The position numbers and the translations under genes were made by a program. A stretch of DNA of 33,723 nt from Aplysia californica (lineage: Eukaryota): positions 1,055,061 through 1,088,783 of the forward strand of contig NW_004797407.1 of NCBI RefSeq assembly GCF_000002075.1. Reading direction: 5' to 3'. Positions 20,876 through 32,815 of this stretch are shown piece by piece (positions within the stretch are counted from its first letter, which is position 1; every line of letters starts with the position of its first letter). Below the pieces are notes generated by a model. The model saw nothing but the letters and a program-made list of their open reading frames with translations, was not told where the DNA came from and made no database searches.

Positions 20876-23800
20876 CTGTGGACCGTAGAAATGACGGGAG
20901 ACGTGTTTAAGAGATATTGATGGCGAGGACAGTTTGGGGAACGAGTTAGAAGAAAAGATAAAAAAGACATAATTCGTTTCGAAGTGTAGTATATTAATGC
21001 TCTCCCTATAGCATTTACAACNNNNNNNNNNNNNNNNNNNNNNNNNNNNNNNNNNNNNNNNNNNNNNNNNNNNNNNNNNNNNNNNNNNNNNNNNNNNNNN
21101 NNNNNNNNNNNNNNNNNNNNNNNNNNNNNNNNNNNNNNNNNNNNNNNNNNNNNNNNNNNNNNNNNNNNNNNNNNNNATATAGTTTAGATTTAGTAAGAGT
21201 CTTACAGCACTTGCAAAATGTTCATATAAGTGCCATAGATCAGGTGTGTTAAAAGAGAGAAACAGTTTAAAACAGAGAGAGATAAGGACGACACATGTTT
21301 GATAGGAAAAAGATATCAAACCACATCAGAGTACCCGCCAACCAAACACTATATTATGCGCTATACAACCAGAAGGCACCTGGTATGTTATAACTGCAGA
21401 TACTCGCGCTGATATGTTTCGAAAAAAATGGTTATAAATCGCGAGAAGAGACAGACAAAGAAACGAAGACATCAGAACAATTGAGCAAGGCATACATTGA
21501 GAGACAACACATATAGTCGTTTGAACACGTAAATAGAGTGGTGCCTTAACAGCCAGCCTCAAAGACCTACAAACAGCGAATCGATGGCTTCAAGGCAAAA
21601 GGTGAAGGTCAAGAAAAAAAAAGATGGATCGATAGAGTCAAAGTGACTCTTCAAAGACAAGATATTAAGGCGATCCAAAGAGCAGCACACCTGGCCTACG
21701 TCATACATGTCGCATCTTTGCTTGACACTTGGGGATTAAAAAAGAGGAGTAAGTAGGTCACTCACCACACTGACAGACTAAACAGCCGTTGCTGTCGACA
21801 GCTGCACACTCCGCCGGACAGTCAAAGTTGAACATGGGACAATCCTGTGGAGTCGTCTGCTTCTTCTCCACTGCAGTAGCCGTTGTTATGGAAACAAAAG
21901 GTGTGCTTACATCAGCAAACCCTGCTGTCAACCCTTCGTCAAAACCGACATTACCCTTCGCTGCTGCGGGACTAGTGTTTTCACTGGCTGCTGTGAACGC
22001 GTAACTCGTTGTTAGGGAAGGTTTTGCCTGAGAAGTTTGACTGGAAATTTCCATTGGGGCTGGAGATAACAGCTTTGTGTCTGCTGTTTTGTTTTTACCT
22101 TGAGGACCCCCTTGTCCGGATAGCGACATAGGATCTGAAGTAGTCTTCATCTTTGTTGTAAAATAGCTTGGGGATGAAATGGACGCAGAAGAAGCTGAAA
22201 CCGGTTTCTTGTTTGAAGTAAGCACAACACTGGAGACGCTTGAGAGAACTGTGGGCGAGCTTTCTACATCTGGTGCAGGTCTGGTTTGTCCTTGAACTTG
22301 AACATTGGCAGCATCCGTTGACGTCACGACAGTTGATGTGTCGGACACGTGACTGGTGAGCTTGAAAGGAGCAAGATACGTAGTACTCTCTGGGATAATG
22401 GTAGCTGTTGCTGGTTTGTTTCCGAGACTTGTTTTGATATTTTCTGGGATTGTTGTGTACGGGTGTGGCGTGCTTGATGCTGCAAATAGAAGGTTCAGAG
22501 GTCACCTGCTGTGCCTGAAGATGTGTGCCTGGAGAAAAGTCCTAGTTGTCGGACATTTTGTATGTTAGATAAGGGCATATTCTTGTAGTAAATTCAATGC
22601 AGAACACGCACAATTTTAGGCATACAAATTATAAACGCCTTTAAATGTGTTATTAAGAAATTATCAAACTGGTGAAACTGAACTTTTGACCAACTACGAC
22701 TTTTTTTTGCTTTTACATCCTGTTGTTCAAATACACCTTTGCCGACAACTGGGACTTTGTTCCAGGTACACACGCACGTATCCTTTGACAATTCGTGTTA
22801 AAGTAAAAATAGCTTACTTGGTATTTGATGCACTTTAGGGGTCTCGACCCTCTACAGGCCTAAATTGCAATACCGTTGCTAGTATAGGCGCATTAAACTT
22901 ATTACATTTTAAGGTAGGGGAAAAGGGAAGGAAGGGTGGAGGGGCGAAATGGTTATGAGTTAATAATAATAATATTAATGAAATAAATGCGTGGTAACTA
23001 ATTGTTGGGAAGCAAAAATAATAATAATAATGAAGATCATTTCTATAGCGCCCACTCCCGTGTAAACACAGCTCTAGGCGCTTTACATAAATGCATGTAA
23101 GAAAAATATTCATGCACGCGACACACACACACACACACTCACACACACACACACTCATATACACACAAACACACACACATATAGATATACACACACACAA
23201 ACACACGCATACACACTCACGAACACATAACANNNNNNNNNNNNNNNNNNNNNNNNNNNNNNNNNNNNNNNNNNNNNNNNNNNNNNNNNNNNNNNNNNNN
23301 NNNNNNNNNNNNNNNNNNNNNNNNNNNNNNNNNNNNNNNNNNNNNNNNNNNNNNNNNNNNCACGATTACACATCGTCACGAAATGAGAATAAAATAATAT
23401 ATACACTGCAATTCACAAAATACATAAATGGATGCATAGACATTTATATAACAATGTACTGAACATGAATCTACTGACTTAAAAAGGATGTCATTAAATG
23501 TGTCTTTAAAGATTTTTTAAATAAGAGCCAAAGCCGGGATGAAAGAATGGTGTAGACGTTCACGTACATGGGATAACTGTGTTTGTGTGTAAAGTCNNNN
23601 NNNNNNNNNNNNNNNNNNNNNNNNNNNNNNNNNNNNNNNNNNNNNNNNNNNNNNNNNNNNNNNNNNNNNNNNNNNNNNNNNNNNNNNNNNNNNNNNNNNN
23701 NNNNNNNNNNNNNNNNNNNNNNNNNNNNNNNNNNNNNNNNNNNNNNNACATTTGCCCTTACCCCCCCCCCCCCCCATAATATGACATTGTTCGCTTATAA

Positions 23801-26800
23801 TGATGAAAATAATATTATTGTGACATTTATATCGCACAAATCCGTAAAACAATCATTGCTCTATGCACATTGCATAATATTCATGAGCAACATGCATACA
23901 CACATACATGCACATAATGATATAGATCTATGCACTAAAAAATAATAGGTGTCACGACATGGTGGGATCAACCGCTCGTCAGCTTTGATTTTGAGGCATT
24001 CAGGGTTATTGATATCATCTTAAAGCCTGTCCATTTGCCTTCCTTTTGATGAAAACAATATTCATTTATACTGAATAGAATTCGAAATATTTGTGATTGA
24101 AAGAGGTGGGGTCACCTGATTTCAGAGGTAAATTTAGTGAGAAAACGGCCGCCAAAGTTTGATAACTTCAATAGCTTGAGAGCCTTTAAAACTGAAAAAT
24201 CACAAATTTTATGCATGTAATGAACATTTTTCAGTATGGACCTAAAAGGTGTTTAGCGCGAAAAAAAAATCAATAAAAGTTCCCTAACCTGTGGAAACAA
24301 GCCAATTTTTTTCACTAATTTCATTATTTTGACGAGCGCCTGATTTTACCACGCTGCCTCACAATTAGAGTAAATCATTCAAGGAAAATATTGCATACAC
24401 ACTCTTTCTTACTAATAAAAAGGAAAAAATTGAGACTCGTGTCTATGACAAAAGCGTTTTAATTTAAACAAAAAATAAGTTACAGTGAAATTCCGATAAA
24501 GTCAACACCCCGGACAGAAAAAAGTGTTGACTTTGAGCAAGGTTGACTTTATCTATTGTACTACATGTACTGGCCATTGAAATTGAAGATGACAGCTACA
24601 AAATTATAAAGTACCTGGTAATAAACAAGATGTAATCTCAATTTCAGGGAGTATAATTCTGAAGTTGTCCCCAAACCAAGAGATAATGAAAGAACAAAGT
24701 ACATAGATTCTATGTAATTGGAGGTGTGTACACCACTTGCTCAGGCGAAATACGAAATATCTCTTCTTGAATGAATTCATCTTAGGATTTAGCCCCAAAT
24801 TGTTGACTTTACGCAAGGTTAACACTCAAGCGGTTGACTGTATCAGAAACACAACTACTTTAACAAAGAAGGTAAGAAACGGGACTATAGTGAAGTGTTG
24901 ACTGTAAGCAAGAGTTGACTTTAAGCAAGTTGACTTTATCAGGATTCCACTGTATCTCTGTTATTACTGATCATTTATACTGCAAAAAGTGAAATTAGTT
25001 ATCATCAACAATTGCAGAGTTCATCATTATGTCAAAAATTATTTTTTTTCACCTCACAAAAGCGTAATACTACTAGTTCAAGACCCCCCCCNNNNNNNNN
25101 NNNNNNNNNNNNNNNNNNNNNNNNNNNNNNNNNNNNNNNNNNNNNNNNNNNNNNNNNNNNNNNNNNNNNNNNNNNNNNNNNNNNNNNNNNNNNNNNNNNN
25201 NNNNNNNNNNNNNNNNNNNNNNNNNNNNNNNNNNNNNNNNNNNNNNNNNNNNNNNNNNNNNNNNNNNNNNNNNNNNNNNNNNNNNNNNNNNNNNNNNNNN
25301 NNNNNNNNNNNNNNNNNNNNNNNNNNNNNNNNNNNNNNNNNNNNNNNNNNNNNNNNNNNNNNNNNNNNNNNNNNNNNNNNNNNNNNNNNNNNNNNNNNNN
25401 NNNNNNNNNNNNNNNNNNNNNNNNNNNNNNNNNNNNNNNNNNNNNNNNNNNNNNNNNNNNNNNNNNNNNNNNNNNNNNNNNNNNNNNNNNNNNNNNNNNN
25501 NNNNNNNNNNNNNNNNNNNNNNNNNNNNNNNNNNNNNNNNNNNNNNNNNNNNNNNNNNNNNNNNNNNNNNNNNNNNNNNNNNNNNNNNNNNNNNNNNNNN
25601 NNNNNNNNNNNNNNNNNNNNNNNNNNNNNNNNNNNNNNNNNNNNNNNNNNNNNNNNNNNNNNNNNNNNNNNNNNNNNNNNNNNNNNNNNNNNNNNNNNNN
25701 NNNNNNNNNNNNNNNNNNNNNNNNNNNNNNNNNNNNNNNNNNNNNNNNNNNNNNNNNNNNNNNNNNNNNNNNNNNNNNNNNNNNNNNNNNNNNNNNNNNN
25801 NNNNNNNNNGGGGCTGTTTGCTTGTTTGTTTGGGGTTTTTTGGGTTTTTTTTCCGCAAACGAACAGCGTTTCAGATGACGGACGACTCACTGAAGACATG
25901 ATTTAAACTGGGACTACTAAAAAGCGTGTTCTGTTTCATGTTTCAAATTTTAAAAATGAATGTTGATTGTATAAAAAGAGCATGAATTTGCTACGAATGC
26001 TGAAATATTTAATTATGACTGCATTTTCACGAGTTTCTATTTCATAATTGTCACTCCTTGGCAGACATGTCGTTTTTATTCTTTGATTAATTGGCATCAG
26101 TCTATCAACTATCTATCTATCTCCTTCCAAGAACACTCCGTGTAAGAACCCATGTTTACTGTATAACGGCATGTTTACCCCAGTAATTTGCTTGTTTCAA
26201 AACCTGTCTATAAAAGAAATTCGCCTAAAACTGCCTAGACCTCAGACAATATACTTCTCAGTGCTGTTTTACAATACATTTACTTTGCGTGAGTAAATTG
26301 AATGGAGAGGAATTGGCGGGGACAAGTCGGACAATGAAATCTACATCTACATCGAGCTTACTACACGTGTACTCTTATACCCAAAGAATATTGTCCGTCG
26401 GATTCATCTAATTGATTTGGGGCCATCCAGAATTTCCCTTCGAGAGGGGCAAAATCTACCATTTTGGGGCATAATATGCATTGTATCATCGGTAAAGCTA
26501 ACAATCCACTTAAGTTAGTTTGGGTAGGCCTACTGTTTACACCATAGACAAAAACGTAGGTTTTGTTGTGTAGCTCTTGTCTGGAATCATAAAAAGTAAG
26601 AACATTGTAAGCCTTGACCATTGTATTAAACTGCATTTTGGTGATGTTGAAAGGTGCATCTATGATTGAGCTTTGGAAGGGTATAAAAATCGAAAATTCT
26701 CTAAATTTGGACTTAGATCTCTTGCAACAGCAACGGTATAATCTAAAAATAAAACATAGTACATAAATATTGGTATTTGTTTGTGTGTGTAGAATATATA

Positions 26801-27585
26801 TAGATACGCTAATTAATCATATATGAATGTGGATAAGAAGAAACACTAATTGTTATTTTTGTTGTTGCATGGATGTACTACCAGTTGCTGGAGCAGACGT
26901 TGTTGGTTTGGCGTGTGAAGAATGGACGGTGCTGGTGGAGCTGGTGGTGACCGCCATGGTGGTTGTGCTGTCCGCCATTTTGGTTGTGGTTTCCGCCATG
27001 TTGGTTGTTGTAGAGGTCGTGAGTTCACAGTAGCAGACGACACAGCCGGTAGGGTCAACCCCGAGACAAGCAGAGGAGCAAGGATCGTCGACCGGAGGGC
27101 AGGACGAGGTGGTGACCAGTGGAAGACTGGACGTGGCTGGGTTGTCGGGCTGTTTAGGGGCTGGAAGAAATACTTATGATTGAGATGTTGGTGGTTTTAC
27201 ATCTCCATTGACACAATTTAGTTAAGTGTAGCAAGAGTTTTACGGCGCTCGCAACTACATAATAATGTCATAAGAGGGCGCTTGACATAATTTAGACCTT
27301 GAGATAATAATTTGGGAGGCAGAGTTTGATCCTTAATGTCAGGACCAATCTTCGCAGAGAGGGACACATCATCCCAGAAGAAGGACCTTTATCGACACAT
27401 GTGAAAGAATGTTTTTACGTTGTTATATTTAAGTGTGGGGAGTGAAAGGGGGTGGGGGGGGGGGTGCACAGTCAAAGAGCTAAACCACTGTGCTACAGAA
27501 TGCAGGACTGTACTGCCAAGTGTAGTGGACATGGCAATAATCCCAAATGCAAAACATGCATACACACAAACAAACGCACACAAAC

Positions 27586-27638
<53 letters not shown>

Positions 27639-27872
27639 CACACACACAAACATGCGCGTGCGCACACATTAGCACCTTTACCCCCCCCCCCCCCCCCACA
27701 CACACAATAAATGTATAATATATTTTTTATGTATATTATATATGTAAATAAAAGAAACAACTGACCATCACAGGTACACACAGGACAGCCTAAAGCGTCC
27801 ACCAGCGTGCACTGAGCCGGGCAGGAACCAGGGAATGGGGAACAGCCGTTGTTGTTATCATTGTTTTTGATG

Positions 27873-27907
<35 letters not shown>

Positions 27908-30900
27908 TCCAGCGTTGCCATGTGGGGCTGTTGGTCCTTTCCCTCCCGACGAGCTCCCGTTCAAGTTATCGTCCTTGTTATCACCCGCACCGCTATCGCC
28001 TACATCCGTCCTACCAACGCCATCACCATCACCAGCATCCACCATCTGGTTGCTCAAACCGTCACTAGTTCTGCCAGTGGTGACGTCTCTGCCCTGTAAG
28101 GTGTCCGTACTAACAACGGTGTATTCGTAGGTCGTAGTGATTTCGCCTGAAAGAGGAAGTTTTGAACTCACTGAGAGGCTGGTTGGCTGAGGTTCTATAA
28201 GTGTGGTTTGCTCCATTTTTCCTGTCCGATGTTTATTGTCGTTATCTTTCTTCTCCCCCTTTTTCGTTCTTTTTTTGCGTGCTGCTCTCTAGTAACACCT
28301 CTAATTTTCTGTACTTATCTGACCTAATTGTGTTGCAAATGCCGTACAACCCTTACTGAAACCAAATATGAGTTCAAGAAGCAATTCCTTAAGAAATCTT
28401 AGCTGATTTAAGCTGTGTGTTTTACATCCCCCCCCCCCCCATGAGCAACAAGAAATATCATTTAAGAGGTGATCTGCTTTGACCATGCCTGCTAGGGCCA
28501 ATCCTGGTTCAGAGCGATACAATGACTCAGTAGACATAATTATGGAGATACCTTGATTAAAGCAAAACAACTTTAAACGCAAAACAAAACAGAACAAACT
28601 TATAAGAACTCACCCCTTTCACTAAAAAAGACATCTTCTCCAATCTGGAAACGAACTCGCCTTTTGTGTACAATAACGAAAATGATACCATCACAATTAT
28701 TTCTCATCTCTAAGGGAATTTTACGCAATGAGCCGAAGGGCAAAACGAGAGTCTAAAAATTCGAACTTCTCACCGAGACCACAATCCTCTCGACAGACGG
28801 GACATCCGGATGGGGTCAAGGACGAGCACTCCGCTGAGCACGTAGCTGGGAAAGGGAGACAACCGCCTAGGTTGAGAGCTCGGGCCGGGGACATGACGCT
28901 ACCCTGGTCCACCTGGCTGGGTCGGCTGCCCAGGCACTGGTCGTCTGCCGGGATAAACCACGTGATAAATTATTGGTGATAGTGCCAGTCAAAATCCTGC
29001 CCAAGTTGGAAACATCACACAGAAGCTAATAATATTTAATGTTCGGTTCTCTTCAAATTCTGACATTAGTGGGAAATATCTCTAATCAAATTAATATCTG
29101 GAACTGTTACATTTTCCCTACAATCTAAATTTTAAAATGCAGTCAATAAGACGTTACCGTAGAATTATAATTTTTAGTTCTATCTGCTTAGTACCTAGTT
29201 TTAAGAAATCTGACATTAAACATGTTTGAGTTTCACAACATGCCAATCTTTTTCGAAGGCAAGTCTTTGAATATCTTGATAACGACTCCGAATAATCTTA
29301 CTATTTTAATAGAGCGTTTGGTTTCTGACATTATTGTTTTGATAACTCAAAACTGCCAAAATTGCCAAATAGCACTTAATAATTTTATGGTAGCAAATTT
29401 TGTGATAGAATCAATTAAAATCTGACATAAAGCTGGCATTCCATATGCCCGAAAAACCGATGTAAATTTCGGATGCGAATTTCGTGTACAAAATTCGGGT
29501 GTGATGAAAAAAGAGCCCTCCTTCCATATACCCGAAATTCATGATATCCGCCATTTCTGACAGAAATCACGGCACCAGTTCAGTCAGAGCAAGTACTCGA
29601 CGTTGAAAACGAGATAATTTTGCTGTTAGAATTCCTGTTCCTACGAAAGCAGGCTTTAAATTGCTTCGCCCAGACTTGATGATGGTCCTTCCTTCATAAG
29701 CTTTACTTTCTTGGGTCGTTTTCTTTTCGAAGCTTCGGTCCTATCACCGACAGTGCTGGCTGATGTGGCTGCGTCACAGACAGCAATCTAAAGTTATAAT
29801 TAATGTATGTGAGAAGTTATATTCAAGTGCATTTAAGGAGTGGGGGGGGGGGGGGGGAAATGAAATGCTATTTTTGTTATTACTGGATTTAAACGATAAA
29901 TGATAGCAAAGATAGATTACATAGACTCCCAAAAGTTTCCAACAAACTTTAAAAAAAAAGTGGTTGCCATGGAAATGGCAGCCGCCTTGAAAATAAACAC
30001 CTCTTTTCAGTCTTAGTTTTAAAACTTCTCTCTCGAACAAAGGAAATCAACATTTCGACGTTTTCCCACTTCCCTAGTGCTTTCATGCAGCTTCGTTCCT
30101 TTGAAGTAGATTTGGGGGGAAATGAGACCCGCCCACTTCTCGAAGAACTCGGGTGCCGAAGAAAAAAGTTTCGCTCCCTCGTGCGAAACAAAATCTTCGC
30201 ATGCGAATTTCGGACTCGGCCATGCAAAATTCCGGTATGGATTTACGCAATGACAAAAAGGTTGGTGCGAAAAAAATAGTTCGCACGCAGAATTCGCACC
30301 CGAAGTTCGCATCGTTTTTTCGGGCATATGGAATGTCAGCTTTAGTCAGAAATATCACAAATCAAGTTTATAAGAAAACTAGCTGAGCACCCAGCTTTGC
30401 TCGGGGTCGACGCCTTGGCGTCACTGCTCCTACTGGTCTACGTCGCAGAGTCATTTTACATCTAGATCTACATGTGTACCTTGCTGTCTATCACTTCACA
30501 GTCGTACCTGGCTTCTAGATCTATATTGCTTTAGTTTAAGTCTGCCTTGATCAACTCCTTTCTAGATCTACATTGCTTTAGTGTATTGCTGTCTAGCCCT
30601 TCACAATCACAAAATACGGATTTCGCCTTACACCATCACAAAAAAGCACTAAGAAAATAATAATCCATGAAAGGGCTGCTACACTGATAAAGGAACACAC
30701 CGACATCTTCAAAATCAGAGAGGCGGAGTCTATTGCTTGTTCGCGTTCCTCTGACTGCGTTAAAAAAAATTATAGCTGATTGACAAATTAACCTAGGCCC
30801 ACGAAACTTTGCATGACACTTCTACAGACTATTCGAAAAGTGAGCGTGCAAATTCATATGCACATTTCAGATTATGACATACGAATTATGGCAATGCAAC

Positions 30901-32768
30901 ATGGCTTGAACTTGAAGATCAGAAATGATCCCAGGCTCAAGTCCTTGGAAAAGACTGTGTCTGCGCTCTGAGGCTGCATCACTTTCCATGAAATAAACTT
31001 ACAGAAATGAATGCTCAATTTGGGTGGCAGGAAGGAGAGAGCCAATGCGATGATATACTTGACCCTGCACGCGAAACTGTGGATTCCATCCATTGGGGGT
31101 TGCATCGGTATAGCCCATGGATGTGAGCTGAAAGCAATTGTTGTACAGCCTGATTTTCTCCAGAAAGTGAGTCAACAGTGTCGACACACCAGACAGAAGG
31201 ATTTGCAGTTCAGGAGGTGGTTTTGGAAATGGATGCAGATCAACTTTGCCATTGCTACAGCATATACCTTGTATTTCATATGAAAATCTTATGGCCAGGC
31301 AGTGTGTACACTGTGTCGTCAGTTCCCTGATGTAGCAACCGTACTGAAAGGACTTGACAATGTAGAGGAGGAATGCTTTTGGGAGATTTAGATCTAGAGG
31401 GTCCCCATCATTTTGTTGTTGATCTAGACCACCTTGACCTTTGCGAGCTCGAGGGGTTCCAACTGCAGAACTTCGTTTTCTTTTCGGCATGGTCAGGCGC
31501 TATCTAGGTCTAGATCTAGATTCTTATCTAAGATCTATTGACGTTGTTCCCAGCAGCAAGAAAAAGAATTTGACAAAGGAGTCCAGAAAAAACGATGATG
31601 GACATCAAACGAAAGGATCACAGTCGAATTTAGCACCAAGTAAAAAAATAAAACATGAGGCTAGATCTATATGGGTCGCACACTTAAAATAGGCCCCTAG
31701 TGCTTAGTATTGCGCGACAATGCGCTATAGTATCGATCGGAAGTACGACTTGCAATAAACAAACCTAGCGGATTTTATAAAATTACAGAGACAGAAGCGT
31801 GGGCCTACAAAAGCGATCGGCGAAATAGCTGGGCCCCCTTTCGATGAAAGGAATGATCGGCGGTGCCTATACGTTCTTATACTAACCGTTCTCTGACCGT
31901 CTAGGCCGGTGCTTTAATATCAAAGAAAAGTCATTGGCCTACTATATTTACACTCTAATGGAATGGGGAAATAAATCTTGAGAGATGCAAAAAATTATAT
32001 AGTCTAGATCTATACTCTCAAAACAAAACGCGCCTCGGGAAATATCACTTCCGGATTTTCTAAAATTACAGAGACAGAAGTGTCGGCCTACAAAAGCGAT
32101 CGGCGAAATAAATAAATTTTGCTTTTTGCAGCAAAACTGTCTCAAAACTGAAAAAACCAAGGGCGCCTTGCTCGGGAGAATATTTTAAAGAATTTTTTGG
32201 AGAAAACCGCGTGTCGATCGATGCAGCCGTTAAAAAGCCTTTTGAATAGCAAAATTTGGCCACCACAAATAGATAATAGATATCACATTTATCCTACAAT
32301 TTGAATTTTTAAAAGCAGAAGCTTGGCGAAAGTATGGAAACTTAATTTCGAAAGGTGCAGACATATTATGGATGTGAGAAAACTGTCTCTAAAGTTGAGC
32401 AATGTCTTACGTACAAGTACATGTATGCGCAAGCCTCGACGTAAATCAAAATGAAATAACTAGAGAAGTACAGTTGTTTATTTGTTGAACAGAATGAAGC
32501 CAAAAATATTGGATTTCCAAGAGATAAGGCAGTAATCCCCTAGTGAAGGTAGATTGTTTCATTTCGACCCTTCGGAAAAGCCCAGTGCAACGTGTGTCTG
32601 ATAAGATTGGCACTGAAACATTTGAACGTTGAATCTTTCATTTTGAAAATATGGATAGCGGCAGCTATGAGTTTTACTGCTGGCTTGAAAGAGAATTAGT
32701 GCAAATGGATAACGGATAATAAATTCAAAACGCCACCCTACCTACTCCACTTTTTTATGAATCAATTA

Positions 32769-32815
<47 letters not shown>

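Noticed and set aside
24989-25906. Long ORFs of 260-305 aa, and similar ORFs crossing the other gaps
   Set aside because: They are artefacts of translating N runs.
25891-25907. Possible micro-exon of the minus-strand gene (cccag|17 nt|gtgagt)
   Set aside because: Its length is not a multiple of 3 and it would break the phase 1-1 frame.
27389-28216. 275-aa ORF as a standalone single-exon gene
   Set aside because: The C-terminal half is (TG)n intron read-through past the 27766 donor; only 28146-27766 is supported as exon.
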